Source: a bacterium
GTDB taxonomy: Bacteria; Patescibacteriota; Microgenomatia; Curtissbacterales; GWA2-41-24
DNA: 64,000 bases
Direction of reading: 5' to 3'
NCBI GenBank assembly: GCA_021813125.1
Contig: JAKALT010000005.1
Coordinates: forward strand, 107 to 64,106
Under the pieces are notes generated by a model. It worked only from the letters and a program-made list of their open reading frames with translations. It made no database searches and was not told where the DNA came from. Position numbers and translations under genes: made by a program. Below, piece after piece: positions 47,533 through 57,500 of the stretch; within the stretch, counting starts at the first letter, position 1, and every line of letters begins with the position of its first letter.

Positions 47533-48426
47533 ATGGCTATCTTAGTTAATTCAGAAACTAAAGTTTTGATTCAAGGTATTACCGGAAAGTCGGGTTTGTC
47601 GGCGTGTGCTGATCTTTTAGACTACGGAATGCAAGTTGTCGGCGGTGTAACGCCGGGCAAAGGCGGACAAGTTGCAATGGGGCTGCCGGTTTTCAATTCG
47701 GTTCGCGAATTAGTTGCGGCACTTGGGCTGGTAGATTGTGCAATGGTCAATGTGCCGCCACTTTTAACTTTAGATGCGGCAATGGAAGCAATAGATGCGC
47801 AAATTCCCTTAATCCATATTTTTGCAGAAAGGGTTCCGGTACTGGATACTTCTAAAATATTATTTCGTGCAAAAGAAAAAGGTGTTCGGGTTTTGGGGCC
47901 GAATTCGGTTGGAGCGATTTCGCCGGGCGAAGGGAAGGTTGGCTCAATCGGCGGGCCGAATGCCAAGATAACTTTTAGTAAAGGCCCGGTTGGGGTCATT
48001 TCCAAGTCCGGCGGTATGTGTTCGGAGTTGGGTTCCATGATTACCAATGCCGGTTTTGGACAGTCGACAGTTGTGGGTATTGGCGGCGATTTGCTTGTCG
48101 GGACAACGTTTGTAGACGCTTTGGAAATGTTTGAAAGTGATACTCAAACAAAAGTTGTTGTGATGTTTGGGGAAGTAGGAGGTAATGCGGAAATTGAAGC
48201 GGCGAGATTAGTTGCGGTAAAGAAATTTACGAAACCTTTGATAATATTTCTGGCAGGGAAGTTTGCGGAAAAGTTGCCGAAAGACACGGCACTAGGGCAT
48301 GCAGGAGCAATTGTCGGACTTGATTCGACGATGGAGCAAAAAGTTGCATCAATCAAAAAATCCGGAGCAATACTGGCCGAAAATTTTGAAGATATTCCGG
48401 GAATCTTAAAGAAAGTGATTAAGTAG
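47533..48426 (+). CDS. CoA-binding/phospho-His subunit (SucD-like; N-terminal part of AclA)
   Basis: QGITG, GVTPGKGG, GPNSVG, SKSGG, GEVGG and GHAGA motifs. Confidence 0.85.
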   Translation: MAILVNSETKVLIQGITGKSGLSACADLLDYGMQVVGGVTPGKGGQVAMGLPVFNSVRELVAALGLVDCAMVNVPPLLTLDAAMEAIDAQIPLIHIFAERVPVLDTSKILFRAKEKGVRVLGPNSVGAISPGEGKVGSIGGPNAKITFSKGPVGVISKSGGMCSELGSMITNAGFGQSTVVGIGGDLLVGTTFVDALEMFESDTQTKVVVMFGEVGGNAEIEAARLVAVKKFTKPLIIFLAGKFAEKLPKDTALGHAGAIVGLDSTMEQKVASIKKSGAILAENFEDIPGILKKVIK

Positions 48427-48838
48427 TTGCAGATCGAATAAATTTCTTATAAATATCTGGAATATCCAAATTAAGTATTTCCTCAGGGGTTAACCATTTA
48501 AATGCAATATGCTCACTACTCAACTTAACGTTACTAGTAATGGCCATTGCACTAAATCCTATCATTACTGTAAAACAACCATCTTCTTCTTTAAATGAAG
48601 TTATATCTATTGGTCTGACATCAGTTACCTCAAGATCAGTTTCTTCTTTAATCTCTCTTTTTATTCCTTCAGTTGGATCTTCATACTTGTCTAGTCCTCC
48701 TCCGACCAAATCCCATCCCATAGGCCGGCTGTAATCTTCTTTAAGCCTTTGAAGGACTAAAATTTTCCCATTATTATTAAATGCCACAGCTTTTAGGGAT
48801 ATTGCGACTTTTGAGGAATGCCACTCCTTAATTTTCAT
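48419..48838 (-). CDS. NUDIX hydrolase
   Basis: GG....E......REIKEET Nudix box; LSSEH. Confidence 0.9.
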   Translation of the reverse strand: MKIKEWHSSKVAISLKAVAFNNNGKILVLQRLKEDYSRPMGWDLVGGGLDKYEDPTEGIKREIKEETDLEVTDVRPIDITSFKEEDGCFTVMIGFSAMAITSNVKLSSEHIAFKWLTPEEILNLDIPDIYKKFIRSATT

Positions 48839-48968
48839 AGAAAAAGTATATCAGAAGTTTATTGGCTTTGTTTGCGGAAATCGCCAACACTAATAGGGGT
48901 CAGACTCCTAAAATTTTTAAGGTTGGACAATATAAGTGCTTAAGATATAATAAATTAGCTAATTTGCT

Positions 48969-49703
48969 ATGGCAAAATATAAAACATCGATTTCCACCCA
49001 TCACAACGGCAAGCCGTATGTGTATGGATACGATTTGACCAAACTTGCCGAGTCACCTTCATTTACGCGCACAATTTATTTAATTTTAATGGGCAAAATG
49101 CCGGACAAAAATGCCGAGCGGATGCTGGATGCGATTTTTACCATTGCAATAGACCATGGAGTAGAGCCATCTTCTGTGGTTGCCGCCAGAAATGTTTATT
49201 CGGCCGGGTCACCTGTTCAGGCGGCTGTTGCTGCCGGAGTTTTGGCGTTTGGCGAATTCCATGGTGGAGCAATAGAGCAAACGATGGAGAATTTTAAAAA
49301 GTGGCAAAGCGTTGGTGCAGCCGAAATGGTTGCGGATTTTGCAAAGCGGGGAGAGAGGGTAAGCGGTTTTGGCCACAGGCTTTATACTGTTGACCCAAGG
49401 ACCCAAAAGCTTTTGGAAATTGCCAAAAAGCTCGGGTTCTACGGAAAATATGTAAAGTTTGCACTGGAGGTAGAAGCGGAGGTTTCCAAAGGAGCGAAGA
49501 AACTACCGCTCAACATTGACGGGATTTTCGGGGCACTGCTTCTTGAGATGGGATTTAATCCCAAAGTAGGAAAGGGAATATTTATAATTGCAAGAACTCC
49601 GGGAATCGTTGCCCATGTGGTTGAAGAAGCTTTGCGGGAAAAGCCGGTAAGACGTCTTGATGAGTCGGAAGTAGAATACGACGGACCGAGGGTTAGGGAG
49701 TAA
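48969..49703 (+). CDS. Citryl-CoA lyase
   Basis: Citrate-synthase-fold motifs IDHG, FHGGA, GFGHR and NIDG; 244 aa. Confidence 0.85.
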   Translation: MAKYKTSISTHHNGKPYVYGYDLTKLAESPSFTRTIYLILMGKMPDKNAERMLDAIFTIAIDHGVEPSSVVAARNVYSAGSPVQAAVAAGVLAFGEFHGGAIEQTMENFKKWQSVGAAEMVADFAKRGERVSGFGHRLYTVDPRTQKLLEIAKKLGFYGKYVKFALEVEAEVSKGAKKLPLNIDGIFGALLLEMGFNPKVGKGIFIIARTPGIVAHVVEEALREKPVRRLDESEVEYDGPRVRE

Positions 49704-49706
49704 TTC

Positions 49707-50333
49707 ATGATAATTTTTGGTATAGATCCTGGAACTGCAACTACAGGCTATGGGGTTATTGATACCCTTGTCACAACTTCAAATAAACAATTTCAATTAA
49801 TCGAATACGGTTGTATTGTTACTCCCAAAGAGCAAGAGATGCCTATGAGGCTTTTGAGTATTCAGAACGATCTACATAGGCTATTAAAACAGCATAAACC
49901 CGATTGTGTATCTATTGAGCAATTATTCTTTGGAGTAAACTCCCGGACCGCAATGACGGTAGGGCAGGCAAGAGGTGTAGTGCTCTCGACGGTAGCATCC
50001 TATAGGATACCAATATTTGAATATCAAGGACTCCATGTAAAGCATACGATAACAGGGTCGGGGAAGTCTGATAAAAAAGAAATCCAGAAATATGTGATGA
50101 GGTATTTAGGAAAAAGGAAACTGGAAAAACCAAAGGTCGGGTATATAGATGATGCTGCAGATGCATTGGCGGTTGCGATTTGCCATTATATAAAGGTATC
50201 AAATGTATCAGATGTAGAAAACGTTTCGATAAATCGAAATACAAAAGTATCGAATGTATCAAAAGTTACAAAGGTGTCCAATATAAAAAAGGGGGCAAAA
50301 GTGTCAAAGGCAAAGAAAAAGGGCAGGCCTTAA
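49707..50333 (+). CDS. ruvC: Holliday junction resolvase RuvC with a repeat-derived tail
   Basis: GIDPG..TGYG, EQLFF, QARGV and DDAADALAVAICH motifs. Confidence 0.95.
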   Translation: MIIFGIDPGTATTGYGVIDTLVTTSNKQFQLIEYGCIVTPKEQEMPMRLLSIQNDLHRLLKQHKPDCVSIEQLFFGVNSRTAMTVGQARGVVLSTVASYRIPIFEYQGLHVKHTITGSGKSDKKEIQKYVMRYLGKRKLEKPKVGYIDDAADALAVAICHYIKVSNVSDVENVSINRNTKVSNVSKVTKVSNIKKGAKVSKAKKKGRP

Positions 50334-50367
50334 CGTAAAGGTTTTGCTTGTCCAAAGGCCTGCCTTT
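50319..50367. repeat. REP-like inverted repeat overlapping the ruvC 3' end
   Basis: AAGGGCAGGCCTT...AAGGCCTGCCTTT. Confidence 0.75.
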
Positions 50368-50397
50368 ATGCAGGCGTATATCAAATGGTGTAGGGAA

Positions 50398-51228
50398 GTG
50401 AAGCTAAATATATTTCCAAACCCGATTAAATCGGTTTCAAAGATAACAAAATACGAAATAACCAAGCGGCAAAGGTTTATTCTGATGTCGTTTTTTTTGA
50501 CCGCGATTTTAATTGCAGCCCAAACGGTTTCGGAATCTGTGCGCTACCAGGTAATGGTCTTTTTGGCATTTGCCACAACGCTTCTTGCGGTTTTTGCCCT
50601 TTGGGGTGAACTCTCCGGCTTAAAATATTTCCTGCTTCTATTGCTGCCTGTTTATTTCGTGACAGGTGCGACGCTTTTTTACTTTTTACTGCCTGTTCGA
50701 TGGATAACACGTTTACCGTTTGCTTTAGCATTTGGAATTTCGGTTTATCTTTTAATGCTGACTTCCAATATCTATAATGTGGCGGCAATACGAACGATTG
50801 CGCTACTTCGGGCAGCGCATGCGGTTGGACACCTTTTTTCGCTTGTCGCTACCTTTTTTTTGTTGAATGTTTTATTTTCGCTCCATCTTTCGATATTTTT
50901 GACAGTTGCGGGGGTCGTTGCGGTTTGCGGACCGATATATCTTGTTAACTTATGGTCGTTTGGGCTTGAGGATTATATTACCCAGAAGGTTTTTGGGCAC
51001 ACTGTTGTTTTTACCCTTGTGACGGCGCAAGTTGCTTCTGTTTTTGCTTTTTGGCCCTTGGCACCTATCAACGCTTCGCTTGTGGTAATTACAGCCATGT
51101 ATGTACTTTTGGGGCTAGGGCAGTTTGTGTTTCACGAAAAGTTAAAGCCCAGAATAGTTTGGGAACATTTGTCTGTAGCTCTCGTCGTGGCTGTGATTAT
51201 TATGATCTCTTCAAGGTGGGGTGGATAA
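50398..51228 (+). CDS. Polytopic membrane protein (DUF5656-like)
   Basis: Many TM helices; NIYNVAAIRTIALLRAA; start uncertain. Confidence 0.65.
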   Translation: MKLNIFPNPIKSVSKITKYEITKRQRFILMSFFLTAILIAAQTVSESVRYQVMVFLAFATTLLAVFALWGELSGLKYFLLLLLPVYFVTGATLFYFLLPVRWITRLPFALAFGISVYLLMLTSNIYNVAAIRTIALLRAAHAVGHLFSLVATFFLLNVLFSLHLSIFLTVAGVVAVCGPIYLVNLWSFGLEDYITQKVFGHTVVFTLVTAQVASVFAFWPLAPINASLVVITAMYVLLGLGQFVFHEKLKPRIVWEHLSVALVVAVIIMISSRWGG

Positions 51229-51231
51229 TAT

Positions 51232-51301
51232 TAAGTGATAAGTGATAAGTGATAAGTGATAAGTGATAAGTGATAAGTGATAAGTGATAAGTGATAAGTG
51301 A
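51232..51301 (+). repeat. Perfect tandem repeat (TAAGTGA)x10
   Basis: 70 bp counted directly; degenerate copies at about 51690-51717. Confidence 0.95.
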
Positions 51302-51785
51302 GGCCTATAGTATCTATAAGGGAAGAGGTAAATTTTAGTCTTTTTTCTTCTAAAATGGAAAAACTCCCAGCCACAAATTAGCTTCAAATATTTTTCAAGA
51401 AAAAGTGGGGATAGAAGAGATGGGGAAGAGGAATGGGTGATATAGTGTGATATAGTTATAGTTTTGCGAAATCGTGAAAAAGGGTAACGTGAAAATTACA
51501 GAACTATGTAAATTCCCGCATTTAAACATAAATAAATATGTATGGATGCACTGGAAGGACAGAGGACTATAAGGCTTCTACTCTACGTAAGAAAGTCTTA
51601 CATTTCTCATTGGCATGCCGACAAGTTAATTGCTAAAAGGTTAAAAAGTGCCGTTTTAGGCTTTTTTGGGGAAGGGCCATTTTTGAAGCGATAAGTGATA
51701 AGTAAAAAGTGATAAGTTATTTTATTCTTTTATAATTTTCCTCCCTATATTCCCCATGGTGGGGGCCAATTTCCTATTAGCTACT

Positions 51786-51813
51786 GCGTCGCACAATGAT
51801 ACTTTTGCGACGC
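51786..51813. other. Candidate dif site (symmetric 11-6-11)
   Basis: GCGTCGCACAA TGATAC TTTTGCGACGC in a long intergenic region about 1.7 kb from a xer gene. Confidence 0.75.
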
Positions 51814-52102
51814 GAGGTGAAGCTGAGAGAGGGGGTCGAGTTTATCAACGTTTCGAATATTTGCTGAGTTTCTTATTTTTAACTTTTTGTAATTTCTCTG
51901 CTTTTTCATTTTTCCCCGTTTTTTCATCGCAGATCAATTTCGATCCACTTATCCCCTTTTGATTATAAATAGTTCTTTTTAGGGTTAGATTGATTAGAAT
52001 TGATCCACAAGCAGTAGCCCATTTATCATCTATGTTTATAAAAAGCCGTTTTAGGGGCTATCAGCGGCTCGGCGTGGCTAAAATGTGGCTAAATATAGGT
52101 AA

Positions 52103-52528
52103 TTAGGCAGCAATTTCAGCTATCGGCACGAAAGTTACAGCAGGTTTTTTATTAAGGTAATCTTTAAGGCTTGTAAATATACTTACAGTTGTTCGTCTGC
52201 GGTTTGGTAAATTGTTTTGGCAAAAAGCTACTGTTGATTCGATTAAAGTGTCATCAGTTATGGTGTCGGTATCAACTTTAATTTCTAAAAGCAATGTTGG
52301 CGTATGTCCGGCACCGAATTCGGTTTGGGCAAAAGCAGTTGTAAGATGCGTAAATTTGTGACGGCCTTCTGCGATTTTTATCGATGCATAATTTGGGCCT
52401 TTTAACATATAAACCAGGTCCAAGCGCTTTCTTTTTTTAGCCCTTGCTACTGCCTGATCAGCATTTTGCAAAACCGCCTTGTCTTCTTCGTCCACGTTTA
52501 AAAGTTGATCGCCAACTGTTTCTTTCAT
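52103..52528 (-). CDS. Hypothetical protein
   Basis: 141-aa ORF with TAAAAT upstream. Confidence 0.55.
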   Translation of the reverse strand: MKETVGDQLLNVDEEDKAVLQNADQAVARAKKRKRLDLVYMLKGPNYASIKIAEGRHKFTHLTTAFAQTEFGAGHTPTLLLEIKVDTDTITDDTLIESTVAFCQNNLPNRRRTTVSIFTSLKDYLNKKPAVTFVPIAEIAA

Positions 52529-52612
52529 AAGCTATGATTTTACCACAAAATAGGGACTATTACTATAGGTTAATGAAGATAGAGGGCTAGGAGATTGGCT
52601 CTTAGATGTTGC

Positions 52613-53332
52613 TCAGGATATTAGGGTTCCAATTTTTTCGCCTGAGACGGCTTTATGGATATTATCCTCTTTGTCTAAATTGAAAACGATTATTGGTATT
52701 TTGTGGTCCTTGCAAAGAGAAAGCGCGCTGTTGTCCAGAACCTGGATGTCGTCGCTTGATAAGGCTTGGGAAAAAGTTAAGTGGTCGAATTTTTTGGCTC
52801 CCTCGTGCTTTTTTGGGTCTTTCTCGTAAACGCCGTCAACTTTTGTTGCTTTCAGGATAACATCGCAGCTGGTTTCAAGGGCTCTTAGGGCTGCGGTTGT
52901 ATCGGTTGTAAAGTAGGGGTTGCCGGTGCCGCCCGCGAAAATGACAACTCTTCCCTTTTCCAGGTGGCGGATGGCGCGGCGTCTTATATAAGGTTCGCAG
53001 ACATCTTTTATTTCGATTGCCGAAAGAACCCGGGCCGGCTGACCCTCTTTTTCCAAAGCGGCTTGCAGGGCCAGAGAGTTCATGATGGTTGCCAGCATGC
53101 CGATGTAGTCGCCAACTGTTCTTTCCAGACCGTTTTCTTCTGCCGAAGTGCCGCGGAAAATGTTCCCGCCGCCGACAACTGCTGCGATCTGGGTACCGTC
53201 TTTTTGAGCCTTTATTATTTCTTTAGCAAGCCAGGTTGTGAATTTGGGGTCAATTCCGAATTCGCGGCTTCCCAGAAACATTTCTCCGGAAAGTTTTAGA
53301 AGGACGCGTTTGTATTTTGGCGTGTCTGCCAT
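52613..53332 (-). CDS. pyrH: UMP kinase
   Basis: RVLLKLSGE, GGGNIFRG, GNPYFTTDT and KVDGVY motifs. Confidence 0.97.
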   Translation of the reverse strand: MADTPKYKRVLLKLSGEMFLGSREFGIDPKFTTWLAKEIIKAQKDGTQIAAVVGGGNIFRGTSAEENGLERTVGDYIGMLATIMNSLALQAALEKEGQPARVLSAIEIKDVCEPYIRRRAIRHLEKGRVVIFAGGTGNPYFTTDTTAALRALETSCDVILKATKVDGVYEKDPKKHEGAKKFDHLTFSQALSSDDIQVLDNSALSLCKDHKIPIIVFNLDKEDNIHKAVSGEKIGTLIS

Positions 53333-53406
53333 TGAGTTTTATTATAACAGGTTTTACTCTGAAGAGTCAAATTACTATAAGATATATTTTAGGTTGATTA
53401 GCTTTT

Positions 53407-53471
53407 ACGTCGCACAATTTTGATACTGACTTCCCTACTATTTGATTTCGAATTTGTAGACGTCGTACAAT
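53407..53471 (+). promoter_or_regulatory. Two dif half-sites in the xer promoter
   Basis: ACGTCGCACAA (53407-53417) and ACGTCGTACAA (53460-53470); the second overlaps the TACAAT -10. Confidence 0.6.
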
Positions 53472-53477
53472 ATAGTT

Positions 53478-54407
53478 ATGGATCTGCCTGCCCTGGTTGG
53501 CGAATTTTTAGAATATTGCGAAATTGAACGAAACCTTTCCCCTCTTACGATACGCGATTACCGGCATTATTTGGAATTTTTTTGTGAATGGTCTAAAGCT
53601 AACTCCCCTATTTTGAGACCTCAGGATTTAACTTTGGAGGTTGTACGCAAATATCGTGTTTATTTAGCCCATTACAACAGTCCAAACGGTAATTTACCCA
53701 TTAAAAAGGTAACGCAGAATTATTATGTTATTGCACTAAGATCTTTTCTGCGGTATTTGGTCAAAAAAGATTTGAAAGTAGTAACGCCTGACAAAATAGA
53801 GCTTCCAAAAACGGAATCGAGGTCCCTTAAGTTTTTGGACCGTGACCAGTTGGACAGGCTTTTGGGGCAACCGGATGTCTCAAAAGAACGAGGGTTGCGG
53901 GATAAAGCTTTAATGGAGATGTTGTTTTCGACAGGGCTTAGGGTTTCGGAGCTGTGCAGGCTTAACCGAGATCAGGTAAATTTGGAAAGGCGCGAGTTTG
54001 GGGTAATAGGTAAAGGGGGCAGGGCGCGGGTAGTTTTTCTTTCGGACAGAGCCTGTTTGTGGCTTGAGCGTTATCTTTCCAAAAGAAGCGATTCTTTTGG
54101 GCCGCTTTTTATCCGCTATTCGGGGAATATGGATCCGACTGTGAATGGAGAAAAAATGAGGCTAACTCCCCGGTCCGTGCAGCGGCTGGTTGATAAGTAT
54201 GTGCGGAAAGCTCGTTTGCCCGTCAAGGCTTCCCCGCATGTTTTGCGGCATTCGTTTGCAACAGACCTTTTGATGAACGGTGCCGATTTGAGATCGGTTC
54301 AGGAACTTTTGGGGCACAAAAACGTGGCTACAACGCAAATTTATACCCACGTTACCAACGCGCAGCTTAAGGACGTCCATAAGTCGTTTCATAGCGGGAA
54401 CAAATAA
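53478..54407 (+). CDS. Xer-family tyrosine recombinase (XerC/D-like)
   Basis: TGLRVSEL, GKG, PHVLRHSFAT, DLRSVQELLGH and TTQIYT motifs. Confidence 0.92.
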   Translation: MDLPALVGEFLEYCEIERNLSPLTIRDYRHYLEFFCEWSKANSPILRPQDLTLEVVRKYRVYLAHYNSPNGNLPIKKVTQNYYVIALRSFLRYLVKKDLKVVTPDKIELPKTESRSLKFLDRDQLDRLLGQPDVSKERGLRDKALMEMLFSTGLRVSELCRLNRDQVNLERREFGVIGKGGRARVVFLSDRACLWLERYLSKRSDSFGPLFIRYSGNMDPTVNGEKMRLTPRSVQRLVDKYVRKARLPVKASPHVLRHSFATDLLMNGADLRSVQELLGHKNVATTQIYTHVTNAQLKDVHKSFHSGNK

Positions 54408-54523
54408 TGAATTATGCCTGCCTGCCGGCAGGCAGGAATTATGATTTATGAATTATGGATTGTGGTAGCCAAGGGTTAAGGTCAGGCCTTTGTCTCGATT
54501 CGCCCAAGTTAAGGCCTGACCTT
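54408..54523. repeat. Composite repeat cluster
   Basis: Palindrome CCTGCCTGCCGGCAGGCAGG (54417-54436) within AATTATG heptamers, then a REP-like IR at 54478-54523. Confidence 0.8.
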
Positions 54524-54555
54524 TTGCGGAGTCACAGTTTTACTTTTCTGGGTCT

Positions 54556-57500
54556 TTGTTTGTTATACTTAATTTAGGAGTGATGCGGGTGGCATTTCGC
54601 TTTAGGTTTTTGCGGAATAATTATTTTTCTTCCAGTTTTATTGTGGCATTTTTCGTGCTTTTGGCAGTTGGTGTTTGGTTTGGACGTTACCAGACAAAGC
54701 TTTCTGCTAAACCGCAGGTAATGGCTGCTTCCGTCGGATTGCCCGATAAGACGGTGCAATATAATATGCCGGTTTTAGTATTGAGGTATTTCCCGACAAC
54801 AGACGGTGTAAATCTCGATTCTAATGTTACCGGAGTTGTCTCAACCCTTGCCGATATTAGGTCGCATGTCGACACAATTAAAAGTGAAACTCGAGGTTTT
54901 CTTGAAGAAGGCAGCAAGTTCCACGGATACAAGGATCCGAGTGCCCAAGCTGGCCTTCATTACAGCTTTATAGATGATAATGAATATTTAACTTCCCTGT
55001 CTCCGGGTAATATTATTAGCGGTGGTTGGGGTTATACTTCAGCGCCTACCGTGACTTTTTCGGGTGGAGGAGGTACTGGTGCTATGGCAACGGCTACAAT
55101 TACCTCAAGGAAAGTAAGCGCCGTGACAATTACAAATGGCGGGTCCGGTTATACTTCAGCGCCTACCGTGACTTTTTCGGGTGGAGGAGGCAATTATGCT
55201 AATGCTTTTGCAGTTGTTTCGGCAGGCTCAGTATCTTCTGTAGAACTTATTCATTATCCGGATTACGCGTCTATGATGAAAAACATTAATATCTGCAATT
55301 ACGTTGACAATCTCGGCCTGAAGGAGGTTTGGTTATTTGGTTACCACTGGGGTTCAATAGCGCCGGCCGAATCATATATGGCAGGCCCATACGGGAATAT
55401 CGCTAACAGTTATCTAGTTAATAACATGCCGATTTGCTCTAAAACTTATATTTTGTATAACTATAATTACGGGCGAGGTACGAATGAGGCTGTCCATAAC
55501 CATGGTCATCAATTCGGGAAGATGTTCAAACATGTTGGCGACCCCTTGTTTGAAAATAATTTCATTGGGCCGTTTTCTACTTATGGGAGCAATGACGGAA
55601 GCGGAACTAACTATCATCGTTGCGGTTGGACTCATGTTCCGCCGAATACGGGTTTTGAATACGATTATGCCAATACCCGCGATTCATGGACAGATTGCGA
55701 AGATTGGACACCAAACGGTACTGGTCAAAAAGTCAATATAAATTGTAACGAATGGCAATGTTTAGAAGCAAAGTTTCACGTCTGGCGCTGGCAAAATATG
55801 CCTGGGCTTTCAAACCCTAACCCGGAACTTTCCAACTGGTGGGATTTTATCGGAGATTTTGATAATGCCAAGGCGACTGCGGAAAAATTATACTACCCTC
55901 CCCCAACGCCTACACCGACTCCGCGCCCGACAACAGACACAGATAACGACGGATTTACCGATTTTGTGGAGACCTACATGGGGACTAATGTCAACCTTGC
56001 CTGCGGTGCGGATGCGTGGCCGCCGGATTTTAACAATGACGGAGTTGTCGATTCAAACGACATAAATCTACTTGTAGTGCCTCACTTTGGATCAAGAGTT
56101 GGAGACCCCACCTATGATGCAAGGTTTGATCTTAACGCTGACGGGTTTATTAGTGCTAGTGATTTAACCCTGGAGAATACTTTATCGGGCAGAACTTGTA
56201 CAACACCTCGTCTTGGAGGAATCGGAAAAGAAATAGGGCCGGACGGCAATAATTCAACCCAAAATGTTGATGTATGCGGGGCAGATTTAGGCAGTATGTT
56301 TGACTGGAACGGAAAAGTTTACAACGTATTCGGTGATACGTTTGGATGCCCGTTAAGCGCAACTCCCGTAAACTGGCGAAGCAACACACTTTCCTATACA
56401 ACGGATACTAATCCAAGCGACGGGATTACTTTTGACGGTTGGATTTTGGGTGCAGATGGGAAGGCAAAAGAGCTTATTCCCGAAGATGCTGGTACGATCA
56501 CGGCGATTCCTACCTACGGTGTTTCGGTAGGATCAACGGGATATTTGTATTACATGCAGGTAATAAACTGGTCCCCTTGGACCTGTAATTATTCCTCTGT
56601 TGCCAAATCAACGGACGGGGGCCAAAACTGGACAAAGCTGGCGAGTCTAAAGTGGAATCCGGGAAACTTTAATCAGGTGGCAATTTACAAGAAGGGTGGT
56701 TACGTGTACTTTTTTGGGATTCCTTGCGGTAGGACCGGCGGCGCAAAACTGATGCGGGTTTTGGAAGGGTCGATTGAAAATAAGGCTACTTATGAATATG
56801 TAACAGGTTTTGATGCTTCCAGCAATCCGGTTTGGACAGTTAATGCCGAAAGTTCTGCCGTTACCGTTGTTCCCGCACCGGTTGGAGAATTAAGTGTCCG
56901 TTGGGACAACTATTTAGGTAAGTATATAATGATGTACCTTCACGACCAACCCCCAGGCGGCGGGCATGGCATAGAAATGCGTACCGCCCCGCAACTTTGG
57001 GGTCCCTGGAGCGATGCTCAAGTAGTGGTAACCGGGTCACAATATTCATGCCTTTATGCGCCTTACATGCGTGAGGGTTATGAGGAAAATGACGGACAGG
57101 TTGTTTATTTTAGAATGTCCAGGTTTTGTCCAGGGTTTAACCCGTATAGTACATATTGGATGAAAGTTACTCTTCAAAAAGATCCTACTTTAGCAACGCC
57201 GACACCCGTGCCTACGTCAACGCCAACCCCGTCCCCGACTGTCGTTCCAATTGCCGGTGACCCTTCAAATCTGACTGCAACTACTTCGTGCAGCGGAGCA
57301 AACCCTAAGATCACTTTCAGCTTTTTAGATAACAGTAACTTTGAGAGCGGGTTTTGGCTTGATGTTTCCCGCGATCCTTTCAATAGCCCTTCGAACACAA
57401 GTGCAAACCCTTCTGTTTGGGGGGTCAAAGGAATTTACCGGAGTTCTGCAGACATGACAGGACTTGGAGGGACGGTACAATTCAATTGGGACAATGAAGC

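Noticed and set aside
46281-48426. Ordinary succinyl-CoA synthetase sucCD
   Set aside because: The beta subunit has ACL-type GGGAS/NYxEYSG/ANFT/RRGGP motifs and a citryl-CoA lyase gene lies nearby
48848-48860. Additional ATATCAG element upstream of NUDIX
   Set aside because: No matching CTGATAT arm and no duplicated start nearby
51232-51301. CRISPR array
   Set aside because: Pure 7-nt tandem repeat with no spacers and no cas genes in the window
51229-52102. Replication origin (oriC)
   Set aside because: Only degenerate DnaA-box-like words (e.g. TGATCCACA) and no dnaA/dnaN; the dif-like site and nearby xer fit a terminus better
53478-54407. Integron integrase or prophage integrase
   Set aside because: Housekeeping Xer motifs, no evident IntI-specific insertion, and no attC-like array or phage genes adjacent
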